This document shows, in pieces, positions 35,863 to 45,117 of a DNA stretch of 64,000 nt. The stretch comes from a virus. Its lineage: Duplodnaviria > Caudoviricetes. The position numbers and the translations under genes are program-made. The stretch covers positions 5,241 through 69,240 of IMG/VR virus record IMGVR_UViG_3300033069_001819; one strand, written 5' to 3'. Under the pieces are notes generated by a model. It ran no database searches. It was not told where the DNA came from and worked only from the letters and a program-made list of their open reading frames with translations. How positions within the stretch are numbered: the first letter of the stretch is position 1; each line of letters opens with the position of its first letter.

Positions 35863-37958
35863 GCAGAAGAATCTCGGCACGGAACGACGCGCAAATCGAA
35901 CGCGAAATGGATCGCTCGTCGAACCGCAGTAATATCATGCCCAACGACTACCGGTTCAACCGGAGTTATCCGAATCTCTACCCACTTCGGCTGCAGAGCT
36001 TCGAGCAGGGTCAGACGACCGTGCGTATCTGGCCGATGCTCGACCCGCGAGCACCGGACACGAGGTTGTTGCCTGGCCGTGTATCCGCAGCGGATACGGC
36101 TGGCCTGGGCGGGCTGTCTATCACAGACACGCTTGTCGCACCGATGGTCGGACTTCGCGATCCGAACAAGCCGTCGGATCTCGCGGGTACGTCGGTTTGC
36201 TCGTATATCATCGCGCCTTTGCAGGCGTCTGAGATTTTCGGCATTCCGGTTCGCGAGGAGCCTTACATGCTCCTGCAGCGTACGGCACACAACGCGAAGA
36301 AGCAGGCGGACAAAGCTTCGCCGCGTGGCGGGTGGAGTATGCACTGGTCGGCTTATGTCGCGGATCTGGATGTTCCAGGGCGGCAGATGAAGACCAAAAT
36401 GACTCCGTATCCGAAGAAGCAGTTTTTCGCTGTCTGCTCGATCTTCGAGAACGGGCCGGACATGAACACGCACTCACACAAGGTCAAGCAGGGCACGGAG
36501 AAGGTCACGATACCCCGGCAGGGATTCCCGTTCGGGTGGAAACCGGAAGACCCGTTGTACCTGCTCGAACTAGGTTCGTCAGCAGTACAGAACCTGTTCT
36601 ATGTGCTGTCGCAGTTCAAGGACGGCGTAACGGGTGCAACGCAAGCTGCCAACCCGGCTGACCTATTCAAGGCAGGCGAACCGGCCGGCATCTACAACCC
36701 GGCCGACGGCACGCTCCGTGGCGGTAAGTTCATCACGTTCTACAACGCGAAGTACACACCGCAGCCGTTGAACATCGGTAATAACTACCTGACGTCCATG
36801 AACCTGCCGAAGCGTGCCGGACAGCAGGAAATGGGTGCGCAGTATCAGGCTGCAGTTTCGGACATGTACGTGATCGGCGGACAACCGATCGGGCCTGATG
36901 TGCCGCCGGAGCAGACTCGAATGATCTTCGAGAAGCACGGCTACTTCTACTCCAGCCCGCAGGACGAGACCGACGAAACGTACATGCTGGAGCTGCTTTC
37001 GATCGAGGAACGCTGCGAGATCCTTGCGAAGGCCTATGCTGCAGACCCTGCCTTCCTGGAATTCGGATGGCGAGAACGGCCGGAGTACTCCCAGTTCGAT
37101 TCCGTCCAGGCGATCTTCCGGGCAAGGACATCCGTGCCCATGTCTCCTCCTGGCTACGCACAGCAGCCAGGGTATCAACAACAACCGGCGTATCCGCCGC
37201 AGTCCGGCTACGCGCAACAGCCAGGGTATCAGCAACAACTCGGGTATCCGCAGCAGCCAGGGTATCAGCAACAACCTTCTTACCCGCCACAGTCGGCTTA
37301 TCAGCCGCCGCCAGGGTATCAGCAACAACCGGCGTATCAACCGCCCGGTTACCCGCAACAACCGGCGTATCCGCCGCAGGCTGGGCAACAACAGCAGCCG
37401 CTCAGCTTCGACCAGATGTCCGCAATGATGCCGCCGCCCGCCACGGCTCCGCTGCCTGGGGCCCCGCAGTCGGCTGCCGCCATTCTGCAGGATTTCGCCG
37501 GATCGCAAGCTGCGACACCGCAGTTCGCACCTCCGGTTTTCGCACCCGCGCAGCCGCCGCCTGCGGCAGCACAGCCGTTCGCGCCTGCTCAACAGGCACC
37601 CGTGGTTCCGACGTTCTCGCCGCCACAGGTAGCCCAGCCGGCCGGACAGCAGTTCGCTCCTCCGCCGCTCCAGCCGGCCGGACAGCAGTTCACTCTTCCG
37701 CAGTTCGTACCGCCGACCGGCGCTACGAATCCAGCGGTCGGCGTGCCTACCTTCGCTGGTGCTGCGCCGAACTCTGCGCTTGCTGCCGCGGCGGCTCTTC
37801 CACCGGGAGCAGGTGTTGCCCAGCCTCCATGGTCGGGAGGGGAGGAAGAAGAAGTGATTGGTGACGAGGAGTTCGACATGCCGGGCATGGATGCCGCGCT
37901 CGGGCAGGTGCAGGCGTTGCTTCAGCCGAACCGCAGGACCAGTCCGCCTCCGGCGTGA
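35859..37958 (+). CDS. Putative ssDNA-binding protein with long Q/P/Y low-complexity region and acidic tail
   Basis: Lies between tmk and recA; GQTTVRIWP resembles the gp32-like VRxLP strand; ends with EEEEVIGDEEFD. Confidence 0.5.
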   Translation: MSRRISARNDAQIEREMDRSSNRSNIMPNDYRFNRSYPNLYPLRLQSFEQGQTTVRIWPMLDPRAPDTRLLPGRVSAADTAGLGGLSITDTLVAPMVGLRDPNKPSDLAGTSVCSYIIAPLQASEIFGIPVREEPYMLLQRTAHNAKKQADKASPRGGWSMHWSAYVADLDVPGRQMKTKMTPYPKKQFFAVCSIFENGPDMNTHSHKVKQGTEKVTIPRQGFPFGWKPEDPLYLLELGSSAVQNLFYVLSQFKDGVTGATQAANPADLFKAGEPAGIYNPADGTLRGGKFITFYNAKYTPQPLNIGNNYLTSMNLPKRAGQQEMGAQYQAAVSDMYVIGGQPIGPDVPPEQTRMIFEKHGYFYSSPQDETDETYMLELLSIEERCEILAKAYAADPAFLEFGWRERPEYSQFDSVQAIFRARTSVPMSPPGYAQQPGYQQQPAYPPQSGYAQQPGYQQQLGYPQQPGYQQQPSYPPQSAYQPPPGYQQQPAYQPPGYPQQPAYPPQAGQQQQPLSFDQMSAMMPPPATAPLPGAPQSAAAILQDFAGSQAATPQFAPPVFAPAQPPPAAAQPFAPAQQAPVVPTFSPPQVAQPAGQQFAPPPLQPAGQQFTLPQFVPPTGATNPAVGVPTFAGAAPNSALAAAAALPPGAGVAQPPWSGGEEEEVIGDEEFDMPGMDAALGQVQALLQPNRRTSPPPA
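37146..37399 (+). repeat. Tandem ~18-bp repeat encoding 13 Tyr-centred hexapeptides
   Basis: PGYAQQ/PGYQQQ/PAYPPQ units; CCAGGGTATCA(A/G)CAACAAC recurs in the DNA. Confidence 0.95.
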
Positions 37959-37985
37959 TGTGGCTTAACGGTTCTGGCAAAATGG

Positions 37986-38013
37986 AGCCCGGTGGTCTGA
38001 CCACCGGGCTTTT
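37986..38013 (+). terminator. Probable intrinsic terminator
   Basis: AGCCCGGTGGT-CTG-ACCACCGGGCT followed by TTT. Confidence 0.7.
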
Positions 38014-38024
38014 CAGGAGCACGT

Positions 38025-39608
38025 ATGACGATGGATAGACAGAAGATGCTGGCCGAAAAGCTCGCCAGCTTACGCGCGACAGACGAGATCATCGATGTCG
38101 AGGCGGAACCGGTAATTACGCCAACCGTGACGCAGTCGGCGCCCGCGGAAGGTGCGAAAAAGAAGTCGAGAGTGCAGCCACGAAAATCCGCACTGCTGGA
38201 AGTCTCGGAACCCGTAATCGAAGTGTCGGACGAGCAGGTTCGGACGAAGGACGAGTTTACGGCTGTGATCGACCGCCCGGTGTCGTCTTCTCTGCGGGGC
38301 AATCCTTTTGCGAGACAGAAAAAACTCGACAAAAAGAAGCAGGCGGAACTTGAGCGGAAGTGGTCTGCGACCGAGGCTGGTACCGTACGCGGCGCTGGTT
38401 TTCAGTCCATCGCCAAGGCGCTGGCCTCGAAAATCGGCAACGAAGCCGTATACAGCTCGGACGAAGACTTCGCCCGGTTGTACTACGGCATACCGGTGGC
38501 GTCGATCGCTTTCGAGTGGCTGCTCGGAAACGATGTTTTGCCACTGGGTCTGCCCATCATGCTGGCCGGCGCGTGGGGCACCGGTAAGTCCGCTCTCTTG
38601 TACGAGATGTTTCGCTGGACCTGCTTGTCGAATGGGCTGGCGCATCTTATCGATACGGAGCTCAAGGCCGACGACACGATGCTGGAAGCGCTCGTCGACC
38701 GCAAGAAGAACGAAGCGTTCTTCCTGATGTCGCAGGCGAAGACAGTGGAGCTGGCGCAGGAAACTCTGCTGTTCATGAGTGCGGAAGTCAAAAAGCTGAT
38801 GGAGGGTACGAAGGAAGTACCCGGTCCAGGCCGTGTTTTCCCGTACCTGATAGGTCTCGACAGCTACGCTGGCGCGCCGGCGCAGGAGCAGGCTGGTAAG
38901 GTGATCAACCAGGGTTACGCAGCTCGTGGCTACAGCGAACTCGCGCTGAGCTACTCGCGTTTTCTGCCTGTTTTCATCAGCGAGATGGCGCACTGGCCTT
39001 TCGGGCTGGTCGTCATCAATCACCTGACGGAAGGTACGAAGGAAGATGGCTCCGGCATCAAGGTCTATAAGACCAAAGGCGGTACTTCGGTGAACTTCCG
39101 GGAGGGTCTGGAGTTCCACCTGTTCCGGCGGTCTGCGATCCGCACGGCCAAGTTCAGCGGCATCGAGGTGGAGATCCGTAATGCCAAGAACTCGTTCGGG
39201 CCTACCGGAAAACGCATGCTAGCCCGCTTTCTTTCCTGGGTTATCGACGATCCGGTGACTGGTTTGCCTGTGACGAAGGTGATGTGGGACTGGCATTTCT
39301 CGCTGGTCAAACTACTGCCGTCGCTGGAGGGTGATGCCAAGAAACGTCTGCTGGAGCGAGGCGTGAATCTGATCGTCGATCCCAAGAGCTTGGTCAACAC
39401 GCCGCGAGTGCGTATGCCCGCGCTCGGCATGGGTGTCGGCGAGTATCTGCCTTATGCGGAATTCGGTGCTCTGCTTCTGTCACAGCCGCAGGTCTGCGAC
39501 CTGTTGCGGGATGCACTGAACATCAAGCGGCGGTATCCGGTCATCGGACCCGGCCCGGACGTCACGCAAGGCTTGCTGCAAGGAACCTCGTTCGATGGAG
39601 AAGAATAA
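38025..39608 (+). CDS. recA: RecA/UvsX-like recombinase with N-terminal extension
   Basis: GAWGTGKS, LIDTE, GLDSYAG, VVINH, TKGG, KNSF. Confidence 0.85.
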   Translation: MTMDRQKMLAEKLASLRATDEIIDVEAEPVITPTVTQSAPAEGAKKKSRVQPRKSALLEVSEPVIEVSDEQVRTKDEFTAVIDRPVSSSLRGNPFARQKKLDKKKQAELERKWSATEAGTVRGAGFQSIAKALASKIGNEAVYSSDEDFARLYYGIPVASIAFEWLLGNDVLPLGLPIMLAGAWGTGKSALLYEMFRWTCLSNGLAHLIDTELKADDTMLEALVDRKKNEAFFLMSQAKTVELAQETLLFMSAEVKKLMEGTKEVPGPGRVFPYLIGLDSYAGAPAQEQAGKVINQGYAARGYSELALSYSRFLPVFISEMAHWPFGLVVINHLTEGTKEDGSGIKVYKTKGGTSVNFREGLEFHLFRRSAIRTAKFSGIEVEIRNAKNSFGPTGKRMLARFLSWVIDDPVTGLPVTKVMWDWHFSLVKLLPSLEGDAKKRLLERGVNLIVDPKSLVNTPRVRMPALGMGVGEYLPYAEFGALLLSQPQVCDLLRDALNIKRRYPVIGPGPDVTQGLLQGTSFDGEE

Positions 39609-40155
39609 TCCGTTCAGTCCGTTGCAGACACGTGCGGATCGCTACCTGAAGAACGAAATGGCCTCGCAGCAATGGGAGTCCGCTCGTGTCGAGTGGACGA
39701 TCAAACAACTGAAGCTGCAGGATGATGTCAAGGAGCTGAAAGCACGATCCGCGTTTGCGGATCGTGTCTTTTTTTCCACGTTCAACGAGTGGTTCGCGTC
39801 ATTTCCGTTCCACATCGTTGCGGAGCCGATGATCGACAAAACGCCGATTGACGCGGACCCGCACAGCGTTCACCCACGCTGGTTCGCATCGTTTCTGGAC
39901 CTACCGTTCGTACGGATGTACGAGGACTATTACGTGCAGCAGCAGGCCAGCGACGACAAACGTCCGCTGGCCATGGTCTTTCCCCGCCGCGGGCTGGCCC
40001 AGGGTTTCGTCCTGCACAACGGCGGCATGCAGTTCGTTCCGACGATGTCCAGCGCGCATCTTTTTCTGGCTGGACCACCTTCGGAGCTTTGTCTTTGCGT
40101 GCAGCCGTACGCAAAGCTGATCGAGCACATACAAACCAACATCCCCTGGCGATAA
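39595..40155 (+). CDS. Hypothetical protein
   Basis: 186-aa ORF overlapping the recA stop. Confidence 0.7.
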   Translation: MEKNNPFSPLQTRADRYLKNEMASQQWESARVEWTIKQLKLQDDVKELKARSAFADRVFFSTFNEWFASFPFHIVAEPMIDKTPIDADPHSVHPRWFASFLDLPFVRMYEDYYVQQQASDDKRPLAMVFPRRGLAQGFVLHNGGMQFVPTMSSAHLFLAGPPSELCLCVQPYAKLIEHIQTNIPWR

Positions 40156-40166
40156 GGAGCAAGGAC

Positions 40167-41054
40167 ATGGGTACGGAACTGGCACTCAAATCACGCGGCG
40201 GCGAGATTGCGAGCAAGGAAGATCCCCGCGTTATCTACACCTCGATGGAGGAGGAAGTACGTGAGCTGGCGGTAAAGAGCAGCACGTCGTTGTCGCAGGG
40301 CAACCTGTTCACGATCATGGTGTGCTTCGAGCTGGGTACGGCAGTCGCCGAGATCCGGGCGATGACGCACCTGGGTGACGCCAAGAAGGAGCAGCAGATT
40401 CAGCTGCTGACTCGGTACTGGTCGGCCCTGGGTTACCCGTGCCGACTCGGTGACGCGTATTCGCTGTGCAGTGTCGCCACGACATTCACGCTCGACTACC
40501 TGCAGAGCCAGTACGATGAACCGCTGGCGAACGGGCAGCGGTTGTCCTGGAAGCACTTCGTCGCGCTCACGAAGGTCGAGGAAGCACAGCGTGGACAGTG
40601 GTTGAAGCACGTGCGTGCGAACTCGTTGTCCGGTAACCAGCTGATCGAGGAGATTCGGTCTCGCGGACTCGTGCAGAACGAACGGTTCGGCGGCAGAAAG
40701 CCGACCGTACCCAAGACGGCACCGGTCATGCTGAACGTGACGCGAACGAAGCTCGCCAACGCACGCAAGTTTCTGGAGGCAGCGAAGGACAGTTTCATGG
40801 AGACGTGCTACGACTACGCGCCGGACGCAGTAGACGAGCAGTACGTCAAGCTGGCGGCACAGACGGTCGAGGAACTGGACCAACTTGAGGAGCAGCTGCG
40901 GTTGCTGCGTCCCGAGCTGGAGAAAGTGCGCTTGCGGGCACAGACCGTCGTCGACAAGCAGACGGAAATCGTCGATGCAGACGTCGTCAAGGTCGTGAAG
41001 AAGGTCGTCAAGAAGCGTGGCGCTCCCAAGCGTTCGGTCAAAGCCGGCAAGTGA
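40167..41054 (+). CDS. Putative DNA-binding protein (DUF1016-N / ParB-HTH-like)
   Basis: LSWKHFVALTKV...RGQWLKHVRANSLSGNQLIEEI matches LSWSH...R..W......WS...L...I; Lys-rich tail. Confidence 0.55.
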   Translation: MGTELALKSRGGEIASKEDPRVIYTSMEEEVRELAVKSSTSLSQGNLFTIMVCFELGTAVAEIRAMTHLGDAKKEQQIQLLTRYWSALGYPCRLGDAYSLCSVATTFTLDYLQSQYDEPLANGQRLSWKHFVALTKVEEAQRGQWLKHVRANSLSGNQLIEEIRSRGLVQNERFGGRKPTVPKTAPVMLNVTRTKLANARKFLEAAKDSFMETCYDYAPDAVDEQYVKLAAQTVEELDQLEEQLRLLRPELEKVRLRAQTVVDKQTEIVDADVVKVVKKVVKKRGAPKRSVKAGK

Positions 41055-41061
41055 GGTGTAG

Positions 41062-41886
41062 ATGTTCACTGTTTATTCGCTGCTCTACGGCGACTATCCG
41101 AAACTGGCCAGCAAGTTGCTGGCCGGTTTTTGTAGACACAGCCAGGTCACGGAGTACGTGTTCGGGTTGAATCAGATCTCGGACGCGACGCGGCAGGTGC
41201 TGCACGATTGGATCGCGGTTTCACAGTCGGCGACCATCGTCACGGTCGAGGACCGCGAGAAGAAGAACCGTGGCAAGTATCCGCTGATGCGGAAGATGTT
41301 CGAGGTCTCTGCGACGTCGCCGTCCGTCATGTGGTTCGACGATGATTCCTGCGTCGACTTCGTGCACACGGATCGCTGGTGGGACGAGATCGACAGCCAG
41401 TGGCATAGTCGATCTCCGGACGTCGTGCAGTGTGGCGCGATACACAAAATTCGGCAGCGCGGTCTGCAGTACGAAGTGGTTGCACGGCAGCCATGGTACA
41501 CGGGTCAGCCGCTGTCTGCGGTAAGCAATTACACGTTCGTGACGGGTGGTTGGTGGATTGCGGACCGGTCGTTCCTTTCGCAGTGGGACTATCCGTTTCC
41601 TGCGATTCACCATAATGGCGGCGACTCGATTCTGGGTGAACTGGTTCGGCAGCAAGGCAAGAAGCTTATGAGCGTGGGTCGCCTGGGCCGTTGTCACTGC
41701 GAATCGTGTAGTCGGAAAAGAACGCGTATGCCAGTAGGAACGTGCGTGCACATCAATGTAGGCGGGCGTACAGGACGACGCGGCATCGGAGTGCGGGACG
41801 AACGCTACGTGTGGGCGAACGGTAACGTCGATCCGTCGCTGGAGCACCAGGATTTCACCGTAGAGGTACGAAACTATGGCTTTTAA
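41062..41886 (+). CDS. GT-A fold glycosyltransferase
   Basis: VMWFDDDS (DxD), FVTGGWW, HNGGDSILGE. Confidence 0.7.
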   Translation: MFTVYSLLYGDYPKLASKLLAGFCRHSQVTEYVFGLNQISDATRQVLHDWIAVSQSATIVTVEDREKKNRGKYPLMRKMFEVSATSPSVMWFDDDSCVDFVHTDRWWDEIDSQWHSRSPDVVQCGAIHKIRQRGLQYEVVARQPWYTGQPLSAVSNYTFVTGGWWIADRSFLSQWDYPFPAIHHNGGDSILGELVRQQGKKLMSVGRLGRCHCESCSRKRTRMPVGTCVHINVGGRTGRRGIGVRDERYVWANGNVDPSLEHQDFTVEVRNYGF

Positions 41887-42259
41887 GCTGCTGACAGCTC
41901 AGCCTGACGCAATGTACTGGAACGAAGGTACGGCATGGCTGAACTTGCCGATGCCGCCCGGGCTCAAGGAAGGTGTCTATGTTCTGGACGCAAGCACGAA
42001 CAGCCAGGGCGACACGCCGGGGTTCTCGTTCGTGCGGCCGGGTAACGCATTGTTCCGTGTGCCGCTCGTGAACATGACACCGGGAGGTCCGCTGTTGTCG
42101 CAGGTATCTCCACCGGAGCTCGCCTACGTGATATGCGGCATAGAACTAGCCGGCAGGCTTGTGCGGGCAAGGAGCTGGCCCCGCTGGCCGGACGACATTC
42201 TGTGTGTCTACGTGCCGCAGCAGGACAAGCTCGTAATGGGACTCGCCGCACTTGTGTGA
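41876..42259 (+). CDS. Hypothetical protein
   Basis: GAGG RBS; 127 aa. Confidence 0.65.
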   Translation: MAFKLLTAQPDAMYWNEGTAWLNLPMPPGLKEGVYVLDASTNSQGDTPGFSFVRPGNALFRVPLVNMTPGGPLLSQVSPPELAYVICGIELAGRLVRARSWPRWPDDILCVYVPQQDKLVMGLAALV

Positions 42260-42268
42260 GGAATCGAT

Positions 42269-43168
42269 ATGGAGCAGGTACCAGAGCCGGAACTACCGCC
42301 CTTGCCACGTGTGCAATGGGCGAAGGTGCTCGCAGCGAAAGACGAGCTGCAGCACCGGTTGAGGCAGTTCGCTGGTTGTCCGATGGCGGGCGATACATTG
42401 CAGAGTGTGACGGATATCATCCGCAGCACGCTTCCGTCGTCCGTGGCTGAATCCGTCGTGCGTAACAGCCTGGGTAACGTCATCGGTGCGACTCTGACGG
42501 AGCAGACACTGGACGCTATCGCGACCAGGTTTTCTGCGCAATACGATCTGGTGTCGACGGGGAAACCATTGCAGCTCGACATCGAGGAGCTGGAGAACTT
42601 CTGGGCAGCCGCTGTCGTAGCGGACGCCTGGTACAAGTGGCGAAACGGTAAGTACGGCATTGCAGTTTCTTTTCGGCTGGTGACGACACCGGCGGCACCT
42701 GACATCGTGCAGCAGTGGTGGTCGCGGCAAAAGGCCGACTACATGACGAACTACCGTAACGAAAAGCGGATCGGTTTCGGATTCGGTCGTTTTCGCGTGG
42801 GCAGAACCGGAGAAAACCCCCGGGGCCTGCCGTATGTGCATCCGAAGCAGCTCGTCGGTCTTCGCTGCTTTCTTTACCTGTCCGGACGTCGTGACGGTAA
42901 GTGGCGCAGTACAACGATACGACACACGGCCGCGACAATGAAGTACAACACGACGCTGCTACGGAATAGAGATCGGCTGTTCACTCCGTGTCAGATCGAT
43001 ATTTTTTACAAAGAGGACTGCTGGACCTGCCCTATTGGACTTGACGTTTGCGGGCTGGCTACGCATCCTATGACCTACGTCGATACTGCCTGCGTGAAAT
43101 GCGGGGTTACAGGCCGTTTTTCATCAGCGGAATCTCCTGTTTGTGAGACATGCGAAGCGAAGGAGTGA
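42269..43168 (+). CDS. Hypothetical protein with Cys-rich C-terminus
   Basis: CWTC, CVKC, CETC. Confidence 0.7.
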   Translation: MEQVPEPELPPLPRVQWAKVLAAKDELQHRLRQFAGCPMAGDTLQSVTDIIRSTLPSSVAESVVRNSLGNVIGATLTEQTLDAIATRFSAQYDLVSTGKPLQLDIEELENFWAAAVVADAWYKWRNGKYGIAVSFRLVTTPAAPDIVQQWWSRQKADYMTNYRNEKRIGFGFGRFRVGRTGENPRGLPYVHPKQLVGLRCFLYLSGRRDGKWRSTTIRHTAATMKYNTTLLRNRDRLFTPCQIDIFYKEDCWTCPIGLDVCGLATHPMTYVDTACVKCGVTGRFSSAESPVCETCEAKE

Positions 43169-43170
43169 CT

Positions 43171-43644
43171 ATGGCTTTTCAGGTGCGGCCCCCGGCGGGC
43201 GATCCTCGGGCTTACGCCCCGAACCGAGATGTGGCATATCTTTTTCAGCCTGCGATGCAGCAGGTCGCGGCCTGGATAGAAGACGGAAGTCTCCCGGTGT
43301 TGGCTGAGTTCATGAAGAAGCAGGGTATCGAGCCAGCTGCGATCGGAACTGCCTGCGCCAAGATGTGTCAGTGCATGGGCGACGGATCACGTCCGGAGTT
43401 CAAGAAAGAGACCTGCGTAGAGAGCCTGGCTCGGTCTGGCTTCATCGAAGAACCGGTCGAGGCACAGCTCGCGGTACTCGCGGCTCTTGGCGCTGTGTTC
43501 GTAGGTGTGACGCACAAGGGTCTCCGCGAGGCTACGCTGGACGGTGTCGGACCGATGCAGTCGATCGGTGAGTTGCTTTCTGACAGTGAACGGCTGCTCG
43601 CTAAGTTCGCCGGAAGCACGGAAGGCAAGGCGGGCGATGCATGA
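43171..43644 (+). CDS. Hypothetical protein
   Basis: AAGGAG RBS before ATG 43171. Confidence 0.7.
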   Translation: MAFQVRPPAGDPRAYAPNRDVAYLFQPAMQQVAAWIEDGSLPVLAEFMKKQGIEPAAIGTACAKMCQCMGDGSRPEFKKETCVESLARSGFIEEPVEAQLAVLAALGAVFVGVTHKGLREATLDGVGPMQSIGELLSDSERLLAKFAGSTEGKAGDA

Positions 43645-44554
43645 TCTCGCCGCGGTAGGCTACTTTGGCAGCTGGGATCCGACGTTCCGCCGCAAGTACG
43701 TGGCTGAGTGGCCCCGCAGCTACATGTGCCTGGACACCGAGTTCGATTCGATGAACTCGAAGGAAGGCCTTATCTGGGAGATAGGTCACGCCATCGTTCG
43801 TGACGGTGTAGTCGTGAGCCGCGGTAACTACGTGCTGAACTGGTACGAAACCGGCCTGTTCGACGCCGGTTACCTGGACGGTCGCCTGGCTGATATCGCC
43901 CGCCGGGTCGGCTTCGACTGGCGGTTGACGCCGCAGGTCGTAAAGCAGGAAGGCGGGAACGCAGTCAAGATTCTCAAGTTCTATAAGAAGCTGTTCGATT
44001 CGTGGGCAAGCGCCGACGGGCCGTTCGTGCTTCAGAACGGACAGAACGCTGACGAGGTTTTGTTCGACGGCAATTTCCGCCGTTTCCTGTCTTCGTCGTT
44101 CGTCTTCCCGGAACACACCTACTTCGACGTCGGTTGTTTGTTCAAGGCTTTTCAAGCGTGGCAGAATCCGCAGCAGTTCGGCGGCTATCAGCCTTCTTTT
44201 CGCCCTACGGACCTGGACACGCCAAAGTCCTACTACCGACGTGTGTCCGGTGTTCGAGCCAAGGGTTTGAAGTGGAAACTGGGTCTTATGGTAGACACAT
44301 TTTCACTACAAGAAAAGCACGGATCAGGCCCGGCGAACTATCATAACGCGCTGTACGACGCCGAGTGCCTGCACTGGGCGATGATCGAGTTCGGTAATCT
44401 GTACTCGTTGGCTGTTCCGTCGGCAGCTGCTACTCAGAAGCTGGACGTGAACGGCGTGGCTACGATCGTGATGGACGAACTCTCGAAACCAGCTATGTTC
44501 GGTTACCCGCCGGGTAAACCCCCGGAAGCACCGGTAAGGCAAAGGAACGTATGA
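43637..44554 (+). CDS. DEDDh 3'-5' exonuclease
   Basis: CLDTEF (Exo I), QNADE (Exo II), HNALYDA (Exo III). Confidence 0.85.
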   Translation: MHDLAAVGYFGSWDPTFRRKYVAEWPRSYMCLDTEFDSMNSKEGLIWEIGHAIVRDGVVVSRGNYVLNWYETGLFDAGYLDGRLADIARRVGFDWRLTPQVVKQEGGNAVKILKFYKKLFDSWASADGPFVLQNGQNADEVLFDGNFRRFLSSSFVFPEHTYFDVGCLFKAFQAWQNPQQFGGYQPSFRPTDLDTPKSYYRRVSGVRAKGLKWKLGLMVDTFSLQEKHGSGPANYHNALYDAECLHWAMIEFGNLYSLAVPSAAATQKLDVNGVATIVMDELSKPAMFGYPPGKPPEAPVRQRNV

Positions 44555-45117
44555 GCAAGGAATATATCGTAGGTATCGACCCAGGTAAGGCAAAAACTGG
44601 AATTTGCCGCATCGAGTTTCTTCCGGAGCTCGCGCACAACGCGAACATTGTGGAGGCTTTACTGATACCGAATCACGCGGTTCGACCTTACCTGGAAGAC
44701 CTCGCGGCGAAACGGATCAGCTATTACGCCGGCATCGAAGGTCTTGTGTCCTACGGCGCCGTATGGGGCGACGACACGATCCGGACGGCGTATTTCATTG
44801 GTCGGCTGCTGACGTACTTTGAGGACGACGCTGAAATGCGTACGAAATTCGACTTGTTCAGTCGGAAGCAGTACGGCCAGTGGATCACGGACGGTAAGAT
44901 CACCAAGGATGCGAATGTTCGATCCGCGCTCGAGACGACCTACGGGTCGTTCAAGAAAACCGGTCCGCTGGCTGCGCTTGTCGGGCCCACGTCGGACAAG
45001 CGTTCAGCGTTCGCTGTAGCGAAGTACTACGAATACAGGCTCATCGAGCAGGCAAAAGGCAACACGACGTTGCCCGAGTCGCTGTATCGTGCCCTGGAGA
45101 CGGAAGAAGATGAGTGA
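44551..45117 (+). CDS. ruvC: RuvC-like Holliday junction resolvase
   Basis: IVGIDPG, GIEG, SDKRSAFAVA. Confidence 0.8.
   Translation: MSKEYIVGIDPGKAKTGICRIEFLPELAHNANIVEALLIPNHAVRPYLEDLAAKRISYYAGIEGLVSYGAVWGDDTIRTAYFIGRLLTYFEDDAEMRTKFDLFSRKQYGQWITDGKITKDANVRSALETTYGSFKKTGPLAALVGPTSDKRSAFAVAKYYEYRLIEQAKGNTTLPESLYRALETEEDE

Noticed and set aside
37146-37399. Repeat array resembling a CRISPR
   Set aside because: Units are about 18 bp, in frame, degenerate at third positions and have no unique spacers; it is a coding repeat.
44591-44608. CAAAAACTGGAATTTG, a possible further palindrome copy in ruvC
   Set aside because: Two mismatches in the right arm, and it is explainable by the codons for KTGI; not counted.
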